20,505 nt of DNA from an uncultured bacterium. Its GTDB lineage: Bacteria > Lernaellota > Lernaellaia > Lernaellales > Lernaellaceae. Every line of letters starts with the position of its first letter. Within the stretch, counting starts at the first letter, position 1. This document shows positions 1 through 7,974 of this stretch, piece after piece. Below the pieces are notes generated by a model. That model was not told where the DNA came from, did no database searches, and saw only the letters and a list, made by a program, of their open reading frames with translations. The DNA lies in the NCBI GenBank assembly GCA_964534375.1, contig CAZHPN010000001.1, forward strand, positions 1-20,505. Reading direction: 5' to 3'. The position numbers and the translations under genes are program-made.

Positions 1-2
1 AC

Positions 3-383
3 CTGATCGCGGACTTCGACAAGGCCAAGAACAAGCTCGGCGAAGTGACGATGAACTTCGCGATGAAGGGCCGCGCGAACCCGCTGTATCCGGTCAGCTA
101 CGCCACGCCGTTCCTGGCGATGATGGGCGACGTAACGATCGGGTATCTGCTGCTCGACATGGCGCTGGTCGCGTCCAAAAAACTCGACGCGATTTACGCC
201 GAAAAGGCCGCGGCCGACGAAGCGGCGAAGAAGGCGCTGCGTCAATCGCACGCGGAGGCGGCGTTCTACCACGGCAAGATGCAGACGGCCCGCTTCTTCG
301 TGAAGCAGATGCTGCCCGACGTTTTCGCGAAGGCGATGTCGGCGGCCAGCGAAGACATGAGCCTGCTGGACATCGAACTGTAG
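3..383 (+). CDS. Acyl-CoA dehydrogenase, C-terminal fragment (5' end outside the window)
   Basis: Frame is open from base 3 (LIADFDKAKNKLGEV...). The motifs 'ATPFLAMMGDVTIGYLLL' and 'FYHGKMQTARFFVKQMLP' match the acyl-CoA dehydrogenase C-terminal domain. Confidence 0.85.
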   Translation: MIADFDKAKNKLGEVTMNFAMKGRANPLYPVSYATPFLAMMGDVTIGYLLLDMALVASKKLDAIYAEKAAADEAAKKALRQSHAEAAFYHGKMQTARFFVKQMLPDVFAKAMSAASEDMSLLDIEL

Positions 384-390
384 CCAACGG

Positions 391-426
391 TGCGGGACAG
401 CCGGCGGCGGCTGTCCCGCATTTTTT
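391..426 (+). terminator. Rho-independent terminator after the acyl-CoA dehydrogenase
   Basis: 13-bp perfect stem TGCGGGACAGCCG / CGGCTGTCCCGCA with a GCGG loop, followed by T6 at 421-426. Confidence 0.9.
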
Positions 427-476
427 GTCCGCGAAGGCTGAGAGGCTCGAAGGCCTTGTCTCTGCGGGCCGTGCGT

Positions 477-506
477 TTGACAAGCCCGGCAGCCGGCGCC
501 TACTAT
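477..506 (+). promoter_or_regulatory. Putative sigma70 promoter of the ATPase-PIN operon
   Basis: TTGACA (477-482), 18-nt spacer, TACTAT (501-506); about 50 nt upstream of the GTG at 558. Confidence 0.6.
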
Positions 507-557
507 TCGTCGCCGTGGTTATTGTTGATTTGGCCGAGTCAAAGCGGGAGTTCGTGC

Positions 558-1886
558 GTGGCCGCGAAAGATAACGGAAAACGACTCGCGTCGATTGTTG
601 TTGAGGGCTTTAAGTCGCTCAAAAACGAGACAAAACTCGAATTGCGCCCGCTCACGCTTCTAGCCGGCGCGAACGGGTCCGGCAAATCGTCGATCATGCA
701 GCCCCTGCTGTTGCTCAAACAGACGTTGGAGGCGAGCTACGATCCGGGGCCGCTATTGCTGAATGGGCCGAACGTCAGGTTTACGGCGTTTGATCAGCTT
801 CTTTGGAGACCGGCAAATGAAGGCAAAATCGCGAGACATTTCGAGTTTCAGGTAAAGGGCGATGACGAAGACATCTGTTCGTGGTTCTCAAAAGGGCGTC
901 GCGGGATCGAAATAAAAAAACAGAGATCCTCTTTTCGCCTGGTGCCCAGCATGGTGGATCCAAAAGGGTCGGTTCTCAAGTTGGAACTGCGGCCGAATAC
1001 TTCGAGAGACGATCTCGCGAAACAAGGCTTCGGTGTTGACGAGGCGTTTTTCCACGGGAGCGCCCCGGGATCGGGCATCCAACGAAACCGGTGTTTCCTC
1101 CACATGGGTTCCCTGGTCGGAGAACGACGCGTTTTTTTTGGTCTTCCCGTCCTGCAATCTATTCCGGAGGGAATTCAGAATGTTATCCATCTGCCGGGTC
1201 TGCGCGGGAACCCGGCTCGTTCCTACAATGTCGCAAGCGCAGGTCCTGGATTTCCTGGGATTTTCACCGAGTATGTCGCAGGTATTGTTGCCTTTTGGAA
1301 AAATGAAAAAGACACGCGACTCGACGACCTTGGCAACAATCTCCAACGTCTGGGCCTGAGCTGGAAGGTGGACGTTTCGCCCATTGACGAAACCCAAGTT
1401 GAACTGAAAGTCGGCCGCCTCGTCTCGCCTTATAAAAACCACGGCACCGACATGGTCAACATCGCCGACGCGGGGTTCGGCTTGTCGCAGACCCTTCCCG
1501 TTGTGGTCGCGCTGTTGCAGGCGCGCAAAGGGCAGATTGTTTATCTGGAGCAGCCCGAAATTCATTTGCACCCGCGCGCGCAGTTGGCGATGGCGGAGTT
1601 GATCGCCGACGCGGCGAAGCGCGGCGTCATCGTTGTGGCCGAGACGCACAGCCAATTTCTGCTCTGGGGCATTCAGCGCTTGATCGCGCAGGATAAGCTC
1701 GATCCGAATCTCGTCAATTTGAATTGGTTCGAACGCGGCCCCGACGGCGTGACGAAGGTGACCGCGAAAGACCTCGACTCCACGGGCGACCTCGGCGATT
1801 GGCCGGAAGATTTCGGCCAGATTTCGCTCGAAGTTCAAGACGATTTTCTCAAGGCATTCTCGAAGAAAGCGCAATCCAGCCGATGA
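558..1886 (+). CDS. ABC-type ATPase (AAA_15/AAA_21 family) with DUF3696-like C-terminus, 442 aa
   Basis: Start placed at GTG 558 after GGGAG (546-550). Motifs: 'EGFKSL', Walker A GANGSGKS, signature-like 'AGFGLSQ', Walker B/D-loop 'IVYLEQPEIHLHP', H-loop 'ETHS', C-terminal 'GDLGDWPEDFG'. Confidence 0.88.
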   Translation: MAAKDNGKRLASIVVEGFKSLKNETKLELRPLTLLAGANGSGKSSIMQPLLLLKQTLEASYDPGPLLLNGPNVRFTAFDQLLWRPANEGKIARHFEFQVKGDDEDICSWFSKGRRGIEIKKQRSSFRLVPSMVDPKGSVLKLELRPNTSRDDLAKQGFGVDEAFFHGSAPGSGIQRNRCFLHMGSLVGERRVFFGLPVLQSIPEGIQNVIHLPGLRGNPARSYNVASAGPGFPGIFTEYVAGIVAFWKNEKDTRLDDLGNNLQRLGLSWKVDVSPIDETQVELKVGRLVSPYKNHGTDMVNIADAGFGLSQTLPVVVALLQARKGQIVYLEQPEIHLHPRAQLAMAELIADAAKRGVIVVAETHSQFLLWGIQRLIAQDKLDPNLVNLNWFERGPDGVTKVTAKDLDSTGDLGDWPEDFGQISLEVQDDFLKAFSKKAQSSR

Positions 1887-2434
1887 ACCCGCACGCATTG
1901 GTGATCGATGCGGACGTGATGCATTGCGCTTGCGAAAAAACCGCGAATTCGCGGGCGTGCCTGCAATGCCTCGACGCGATTTACGACGGGGCAATGGATG
2001 TCGTGATTACAGACGCCATTCGCGCCGAGTGGCTTCGCCATCGTTCGGATTTCAGCAAAAAGTGGCTGAACCGAATGTACGGAAGAAAGCGTGTGTTGCG
2101 CGTCGACGGCGGCCAGGTCGAAGCCTTACGCACCGCGATCGACGACGCGCTGGAAAACTCCGCCAAGACGACGGCGACCAAAGACGAGCACCTCGTCGAT
2201 GCGGCGTTGGATGCCGACAAACGGATTTTGTCGATGGATGACAAGGCCGGCCGCATCTTCAGCCGCCTCGCCCGCAATTGCAGCGTTATTTGTGACGTAC
2301 ATTGGACGAACCCGCGTTTCGACGGTTGTGGAGATTGGCTGGCGGACGGCGCGCCGGACCGAAAAGCCTGGCAATTGAGCAGCCACGCGGTATTGGGTCC
2401 GAAACAACGACAGAAGCGCGCCAAATCTCGCTGA
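1883..2434 (+). CDS. PIN-domain-like predicted ribonuclease, 183 aa
   Basis: ATG at 1883 overlaps the ATPase stop (ATGA). PIN-type acidic residues in order: 'LVIDADV', 'IRAEW', 'KDEHLVDAAL', 'ILSMDD'. Confidence 0.72.
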   Translation: MNPHALVIDADVMHCACEKTANSRACLQCLDAIYDGAMDVVITDAIRAEWLRHRSDFSKKWLNRMYGRKRVLRVDGGQVEALRTAIDDALENSAKTTATKDEHLVDAALDADKRILSMDDKAGRIFSRLARNCSVICDVHWTNPRFDGCGDWLADGAPDRKAWQLSSHAVLGPKQRQKRAKSR

Positions 2435-2519
2435 CCTGACATTTTATTCCCTTCGCCGCCCTTGACGTCGCCCCTTGATGATTCGACGTAGAACGCGCGC
2501 TGCCTGCTGTGCCCGCCAG

Positions 2520-2660
2520 GGCCGCGCGCCGCGCGGCCGAACATCACAATGTCGCGCCGTCCCCGACCTCCCGACAAGCTTGGGGCAGGCGCCGGGGAGA
2601 AGCTGTCTTGGGCGGCGTCCGCCGCCCAATGTCGGGGGCGCGGCAAGCGGCGCCCCTACG
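2520..2660. repeat. Cluster of palindromes and a GTAG-family REP-like element between convergent genes
   Basis: GGCCGCGCG-C-CGCGCGGCC (2520-2538); TTGGGCGGCG-TC-CGCCGCCCAA (2608-2629); minus-strand GTAG-GGGCG-CCGCTTGCCG-CGCCC (about 2636-2659). Confidence 0.65.
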
Positions 2661-2687
2661 ATAATGAATTGCGGAGCGGGATAAATT

Positions 2688-2709
2688 ATCTGTGTAATCT
2701 GTGGATAAA
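2688..2709. repeat. Dispersed 22-bp repeat, copy 1 (ATCTGYGTAATCTGTGGAYAAA)
   Basis: 20/22 identical to 5950-5971. Confidence 0.7.
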
Positions 2710-2724
2710 CAAAACACTCATCAA

Positions 2725-4017
2725 TTACGCGAACGGCTCCGTCAGCACGATCGTTTCTTCGCGGCCGGGGCCGACGGATATCAACCGGATCGGCAGGTTC
2801 AAATACATCTCGATGTAATCGAGATATTCGCGGGCCTCGCGCGGCAGGTCTTCCAGACGGCGGGCGCCGGCGACGGAGCCGGACCAGCCGGGCATTTCGC
2901 GATAGACCGGCGCGTATTTTTCGTAAACCGCGGCGTTGGCCGGAATGCAATCGATCGCTCGGCCGTCGAGTTCGTAGCCGACGCCGACGCTAATGTTGGG
3001 CAGGCCGTCGAGCACGTCGAGTTTGGTGATCGCGATTTCTGTGAGGCCGCAAATCTCGGCGGCGTACTTGACCGCCGCGAGATCGAGCCAGCCGCAGCGG
3101 CGCGGCCGGCCGGTGGTTGTGCCGTACTCGTGGCCGCGGTCGCGCAGGCGCTGGCCCGTGGCGTCATTGAGTTCGGTGGGGAACGGCCCGGCGCCGACGC
3201 GCGTGCAGTAGGCCTTCATCACGCCGATCACCGCGCCGACCTTGCTCGGCCCGACGCCCGCGCCGGCGCACACCGCGCCGGTCACCGTGTTCGAGCTGGT
3301 CACGAACGGGTAGGTGCCGTGGTCGATGTCGAGCATGACGCCCTGCGCCCCTTCGAACAGGACTTTCTTGTTGCCGGCCAGTGCGTCGTTGACGGCGCGG
3401 TAGGTGCAGCCGACGTACGGTCGCAAGCGCGCGGCGTAGCCCTCGTATTCGGCGACGGCGGCCTCGAGATCGACCGGCGCCGCGCCGTAAAATTTCTCGA
3501 GCAGAAAATTCGCTTCGGGCAAAACCTGTTCGAAATACGGCCGCAGCGCGCCGGGCTCGACGAAATCGCCGAAGCGCAGCCCCGTACGGCCGACCTTGTC
3601 GCGGTAGACCGGCCCGATGCCGCGGCCGGTCGTGCCGATTTTGCCGCCGCCCTTGCGCGCCTCGGCGGCCTTGTCGAGCGCGATGTGGTGCGGCGAGGTG
3701 ACGTGCGCGCGGTCGCTGACGACCAATTGCGAATCGTCGGCGAGCAGGTCCCGCGCTTTCAGGCGGCCGATCTCGTCGAGCAGCACGGCCGGGTCGAGCA
3801 CCACGCCGTTGCCGATGACGCAGCGCGCGCCGGGATGCAGCACGCCCGAGGGCACGTGGTGCAGCACCGTTTTTTCGCCGGCGACGACGACGGTGTGACC
3901 GGCGTTGTTGCCGCCCTGGTAACGAACGACCATGTCGGCGCGGCGGGCAAAGAGGTCGATGACCATGCCTTTGCCTTCATCGCCCCATTGGGCGCCGACG
4001 ATCACGACTGACGGCAT
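2725..4017 (-). CDS. purA: Adenylosuccinate synthetase
   Basis: Begins MPSVVIVGAQWGDEGKG, with GGAGGT RBS upstream of ATG 4017. Contains 'RYQGGNNAGHT', 'IGTTGRGIGP', 'FEGAQG...DHGTYPFVTSS', 'EYGTTTGRPRRCGWLD', 'TKLDVL', 'SVGP'. Confidence 0.98.
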   Translation of the reverse strand: MPSVVIVGAQWGDEGKGMVIDLFARRADMVVRYQGGNNAGHTVVVAGEKTVLHHVPSGVLHPGARCVIGNGVVLDPAVLLDEIGRLKARDLLADDSQLVVSDRAHVTSPHHIALDKAAEARKGGGKIGTTGRGIGPVYRDKVGRTGLRFGDFVEPGALRPYFEQVLPEANFLLEKFYGAAPVDLEAAVAEYEGYAARLRPYVGCTYRAVNDALAGNKKVLFEGAQGVMLDIDHGTYPFVTSSNTVTGAVCAGAGVGPSKVGAVIGVMKAYCTRVGAGPFPTELNDATGQRLRDRGHEYGTTTGRPRRCGWLDLAAVKYAAEICGLTEIAITKLDVLDGLPNISVGVGYELDGRAIDCIPANAAVYEKYAPVYREMPGWSGSVAGARRLEDLPREAREYLDYIEMYLNLPIRLISVGPGREETIVLTEPFA

Positions 4018-4037
4018 TCGGGAACCTCCGCGGGCCG

Positions 4038-5624
4038 CTAATCCAGCACGGCGAGCTTGGCCGACATGACGTGCGGCAGCTTGTTGAGCGCGGCGAGCGT
4101 GTCGGCATCGACCGGGTTGTCGACGGCGACAACCATCAGCGCGTCGGCGTCGCCCTTGTTGCGGCCGAGGCGCATCTGGCCGATGTTGATGCCGCGCTGG
4201 CCGAGCAATGCGCCGACTTCGCCGACGACGCCGGGCACGTCTTTGTTGGCCATGACGATCATCCGGCCTTCCGGTTCGAGGCTGCATGGGAATTTGCCGA
4301 TCTGCACGATGCGCTCTTCGCCGCGCGCCGGGATCGACGCGTGCACGCCGAATTCGCTGTCTTCGAAAACGGCGGTGAGCGAGACGACGTTGGCGTAGTC
4401 GGTGAGCGCTTCGCGCTTGCTGACGGCGATCTCGATGCCGCGCTCTTTGGCGAGGATCGGCGCGTTGACCGCGTTGAGGATTTCTGCGTCGCCGAAGTGG
4501 TGCAGCAGGCCCAGCAGCGCCGCGATCTGCACCGGCGCCTCGGGGAACGCCGCGAATTCGCCGCCCAGGAATAGCTTCAGGGTGTGCGGCGCGCGATCGA
4601 GCAATTGGCCGAGCAGGCTGGCCATTTTCGTGGTCAGTCTCAACAGCGGCTCCATGCGCAACTGCAATTCCGGCGCGACCTTCGGCGTGTTGACCGCGTT
4701 GACGATCACGCCTTTTTGCAAATAGTCGATGATCTGGTGCGAGATGGCGATCGCCACGTTGTCCTGCGCCTCGCTGGTCGACGCGCCCAGGTGCGGCGTG
4801 ACCACGATGTTTTCGAGCGCAAACAGCGGCGAATCCGTGACCGGCTCTTTGACGAAGACGTCGAGCGCGGCGCCGGCGACGCGGCCGCTTTTCAGCGCTT
4901 CGAGCAGGTCGGTCTCGTTGACGATGCCGCCGCGCGCGCAGTTGATGATGCGCACGCCTTTTTTCATTTTGGCGATGACGGCCGCGTTGATCAGGTTCAT
5001 CGTCTTGTCGCTTTTCGGCACATGCACCGTGATGTAATCCGACTGCGCGACGAGCTCGTCGAAGGTCGCCGGCGTCGCGTGCGCCTCGCGGATTTTCTCA
5101 TCGGTGACGAACGGGTCGTGCACCAGCACGCGCATGCCCAGGCCCACGCCGCGGTCCGCGACGACGCGCCCGATGTTGCCGTAGCCGACGACGCCGAGCG
5201 TCTTGTCGGTGACTTCGACGCCCATGAATTTCGACTTTTCCCAGCGGCCGGCCTTCAGCGCGGCGTCGGCCTGCGGAATGCGGCGCGAGAGGGCCATCAT
5301 CATCGCGATCGCGTGCTCGGCCGCGGCGACGTTGTTGCCGCCGGGCGTGTTCATCACGACGATCCCGCGCTTGTTCGCCGCGTTCATGTCGATCGTGTCG
5401 ACGCCCGCGCCGGCCCGGCCGACCGCGCGGAGTTTCGGCGCCTTCGCGATCAAGTCCGCGGTGACCTGCGTGCTGCTGCGCACGATCAGCGCATCCGCCG
5501 TCGCAATCGCGTCGACCAGTTGGTCGAGCGGCAGGCCCGTGCGGTAATCGACCTCGAGGCCCGGCGTGGCGCGGAGGATTTCCAGACCCTTGTCGGAGAA
5601 TTTGTCGCTGACTAAAACGCGCAT
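4038..5624 (-). CDS. serA: D-3-phosphoglycerate dehydrogenase (long type, with ASB and ACT domains)
   Basis: 'GRAGAGVDTID', 'NTPGGN', Rossmann 'GYGNIG', 'NCARGGIV', 'AALDVF', 'TPHLGAST.EAQ', and C-terminal ACT 'DVPGVVGEVG'. Strong GAGGAG RBS. Confidence 0.97.
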   Translation of the reverse strand: MRVLVSDKFSDKGLEILRATPGLEVDYRTGLPLDQLVDAIATADALIVRSSTQVTADLIAKAPKLRAVGRAGAGVDTIDMNAANKRGIVVMNTPGGNNVAAAEHAIAMMMALSRRIPQADAALKAGRWEKSKFMGVEVTDKTLGVVGYGNIGRVVADRGVGLGMRVLVHDPFVTDEKIREAHATPATFDELVAQSDYITVHVPKSDKTMNLINAAVIAKMKKGVRIINCARGGIVNETDLLEALKSGRVAGAALDVFVKEPVTDSPLFALENIVVTPHLGASTSEAQDNVAIAISHQIIDYLQKGVIVNAVNTPKVAPELQLRMEPLLRLTTKMASLLGQLLDRAPHTLKLFLGGEFAAFPEAPVQIAALLGLLHHFGDAEILNAVNAPILAKERGIEIAVSKREALTDYANVVSLTAVFEDSEFGVHASIPARGEERIVQIGKFPCSLEPEGRMIVMANKDVPGVVGEVGALLGQRGINIGQMRLGRNKGDADALMVVAVDNPVDADTLAALNKLPHVMSAKLAVLD

Positions 5625-5693
5625 TTTTCACTCCTCCTCGTGTTTTCAGGCGGCACATCGGAGCGATGAAATTCTAATTGAGAGCTGCTTTCG

Positions 5694-5722
5694 ACCATAA
5701 ACAAGACGACGCGGCGTGTCAA
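5694..5722 (-). promoter_or_regulatory. Putative sigma70 promoter of serA-purA
   Basis: Minus strand reads TTGACA (5722-5717), 17-nt spacer, TATGGT (5699-5694). Confidence 0.65.
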
Positions 5723-5727
5723 GTTGA

Positions 5728-5804
5728 GGAATGCGGAATGCCGAGTGCGGAATGCGGAATGCTGAATGCGGAATGCGGAGTGCGGAGTGCGGAGTGCGGA
5801 GTGA
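5728..5804. repeat. Tandem heptamer array (GGARTGC) x11
   Basis: GGAATGC GGAATGC CGAGTGC GGAATGC GGAATGC TGAATGC GGAATGC GGAGTGC GGAGTGC GGAGTGC GGAGTGA. Confidence 0.95.
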
Positions 5805-5862
5805 ATCGGCGCGGAACCTTTGCGCTTGTCTGGCGCCCCACGTGAGCGACGCCGGCGATCGG

Positions 5863-5902
5863 ATAGGTCTTGTGGGTCCTCTAGGTCCTATGGGTCCTAT
5901 AG
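5863..5902. repeat. Tandem nonamer array (NTRGGTCCT), about 4 copies
   Basis: ATAGGTCTT GTGGGTCCT CTAGGTCCT ATGGGTCCT ATAG. Confidence 0.85.
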
Positions 5903-5949
5903 TGCCCATTATACCAGGGCGAAATCGCCCTCGGAAACGTCGGCCTATC

Positions 5950-5971
5950 ATCTGCGTAATCTGTGGACAAA
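5950..5971. repeat. Dispersed 22-bp repeat, copy 2
   Basis: ATCTGCGTAATCTGTGGACAAA; 20/22 identical to 2688-2709. Confidence 0.7.
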
Positions 5972-6003
5972 TATGACATTCGCTCGCGCGACGCGCGGCC
6001 GCC

Positions 6004-7974
6004 TCAGCCCTTCGGCAGCGCCACCACGAACCGCGCGCCTTCGCCGGGTTGGCCGGCGACGCGGTCCTCGACGCGGATCGTTCCGCCCATGACCTCGACC
6101 AGCGCCTTGACGATGTTCATGCCCAGGCCGAGGCCGGAGGTCTTCGAGAAGCGGCCGAAGCGCTGAAAGATCTTCTCTTTTAGCGCATCGTCGATGCCGT
6201 CGCCGGTGTCCTCGACGGCGATCTCCCACGTTCGGCCGTCCGGCCCGTCGGCGACGGAAATCTTCAGCGATTTGTCTTTTTTCGAATTGTGGCGCACGGC
6301 GTTGGACATCAGGTTGATGAAAATCTGGCCGGCCAGTTGGTGGCCGAGGATGTGCTGATTCGGCTGCGCCGCGATCCGCGCCGTGAAGTTGACGTCGCGG
6401 AACTGCTCGCGCACGACGTCGAGCGCGTCGTGCAGCATCGGCGCGAGCGGCAGCGGCGTGAACGACTCCGGGTTGAGGTGGCGAATCATCATCAGGTCGC
6501 GGACGCGGTCGATCAGCGTCGCGCACCGCCGCGCGTTGGCGATCGCCTTCTGCCGGTGCTGCTCGCGCATCGCGGGCAGGCGGGCCATGGCGGCGTCGCC
6601 GAGCAGATCGAGATTGCCGAGGATGGTGTGCAGCAGGTTGCTGACGTCGTGGGTCAGCACGTCGTTGTACAACTCGGCGGTTTCTTTTTCGATGACAATC
6701 TCGCTTTGCAAGCGCAGGCGCTCGGAGAGGTCGCGCACGAACGACAGGCTCGCCGGCTCGCCGTCGTATTCGATCGTCACGGCGTTGAACTCGACGGGCA
6801 ATTCGCGCCCGGAACGCATGCGCAGCCGGGCCTGATAGATTTCGCGCGGAACCCTGCCCGTCACCCGCTGGCGATAATGGCCGAGCAGATCGGGCGCGTC
6901 GTCGGGAAACATCGTGCGCGTGATCGGGCCGCCGACCAGGTCCGACACGGTGAAGCCGAGCATGTCAGCGAGTTTCTTGTTGACGAATTTGAAGACGCCG
7001 CCCTGGCTGATCATGATGCCGTCGTTGGCGCCCTCGACCAGCGAGCCATATTTGCGCTGGCTCTCGCGCAACTCCTGCAGCAATTGGTTCTTCTCGATCG
7101 CCAGCGCCATCTGGCCGGCGATCGCGTCGAGCAGCGCATGCGCCTGGGCCGACAGCGGTTGCACCGGCGTGTAGAAGAGCACGCCCAGGACTTGCCCCTT
7201 GCTGAGCAGCAGCGCCGCCTCGGAGCCTTCCATCTGGCGCCGCACGGCGATTTCCTTGGTCTCGGGCGGGAAACTCGGCCACTCGACGAGCGGCGGCGTG
7301 CGATGCTCGCGCACGCAGCTTTGCAGCCAGGCCGGGTCGTACGGGAGTTGCCCGGCGAGGGCGAGGATTTCCTTCGGCGTCCCGCGATGCGCGGCCAGCT
7401 TGCCCGTCGCGCTGCGGCGGTCGAAGGAGATGGCGAACGCGGCGCGAAATTCGAGCGTCTGCATGACGATCGCCAGCAGCCGCTCCATCAGCGCCGCAAA
7501 GTCGCCGCCTTCCGCGACCAGCGCGCTGATCCGGCCGAGCGTCGCCAACTGCTCGTTGCGCCGGGCGAGCGCTTCCTGCATCTCCATTTCTTCGGTGAGG
7601 TCGCGCATCGCGAGGATCAGCCGCCGCGGCCCCTTGCCGCCGCGGCCGGCCGGCGCGCCGATGAAGCCGGCGGCGAACGTCTCTCCGTTCTTGCGCCGGA
7701 TCGTCGTGCGGGTCTCGAGCCGCGCCGCGCCCTTGCGCTCGGCTTCCTGAATGTCGATGGCCTCGCCGTCGGCCAGCAGCGACGCAAAGGGCTGGCCGAC
7801 CAGTTCGGCGGCCGCGCAGCCGAGCAGCGCCGGCGTCGCGCCGCCCGCGAACTCGATGCGGCCGTCGCGGTCGAGCACGAACAACACTTCCCGCAGCCGC
7901 GGCAACGCCTCGCCGAACAGCCAGCCGGCGTCGAACGGACCTGCCGGCGGCAGGTTTTTTTTCGCTGGCGGCAT
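6004..7974 (-). CDS. Soluble PAS-GAF-PAS sensor histidine kinase, 656 aa
   Basis: Start at ATG 7974 (TAATG overlap with the upstream stop). Two PAS domains ('LFVLDRDGRIEF', 'FKFVNKKLADMLG', PAC 'RDLTE' and 'RDLSER'), a GAF-like middle, H-box 'THDVSNLL', N-box 'NLMSNAVRH', G-boxes 'EDTGDGI' and 'GLGLGM'. No transmembrane segment seen. Confidence 0.92.
   Translation of the reverse strand: MPPAKKNLPPAGPFDAGWLFGEALPRLREVLFVLDRDGRIEFAGGATPALLGCAAAELVGQPFASLLADGEAIDIQEAERKGAARLETRTTIRRKNGETFAAGFIGAPAGRGGKGPRRLILAMRDLTEEMEMQEALARRNEQLATLGRISALVAEGGDFAALMERLLAIVMQTLEFRAAFAISFDRRSATGKLAAHRGTPKEILALAGQLPYDPAWLQSCVREHRTPPLVEWPSFPPETKEIAVRRQMEGSEAALLLSKGQVLGVLFYTPVQPLSAQAHALLDAIAGQMALAIEKNQLLQELRESQRKYGSLVEGANDGIMISQGGVFKFVNKKLADMLGFTVSDLVGGPITRTMFPDDAPDLLGHYRQRVTGRVPREIYQARLRMRSGRELPVEFNAVTIEYDGEPASLSFVRDLSERLRLQSEIVIEKETAELYNDVLTHDVSNLLHTILGNLDLLGDAAMARLPAMREQHRQKAIANARRCATLIDRVRDLMMIRHLNPESFTPLPLAPMLHDALDVVREQFRDVNFTARIAAQPNQHILGHQLAGQIFINLMSNAVRHNSKKDKSLKISVADGPDGRTWEIAVEDTGDGIDDALKEKIFQRFGRFSKTSGLGLGMNIVKALVEVMGGTIRVEDRVAGQPGEGARFVVALPKG

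Noticed and set aside
390..557. N-terminal extension of the ATPase ORF from GTG 390
   Set aside because: It runs through the upstream terminator and predicted promoter. The RBS and family motifs support GTG 558.
1724..1882. Longer start for the PIN gene
   Set aside because: It overlaps the ATPase coding region. The ATGA coupling and the PIN first strand place the start at 1883.
2462..2494. Possible promoter TTGACG...TAGAAC
   Set aside because: The spacer is 21 nt and no credible downstream plus-strand gene exists.
2701..4011. 436-aa plus-strand ORF
   Set aside because: Antisense shadow of purA in GC-rich DNA, with no protein motifs.
4018..4287. Extension of purA to 520 aa
   Set aside because: It overlaps serA. 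The true start is MPSVVIVG at 4017 with an RBS.
5728..5902. CRISPR array
   Set aside because: Units are 7-9 nt tandem repeats with no unique spacers, and no cas genes are present.
5646..5976. ORFs reading MRNAECGMRNAE / PHSAFRIPHS
   Set aside because: Spurious translations of the heptamer and nonamer repeats.
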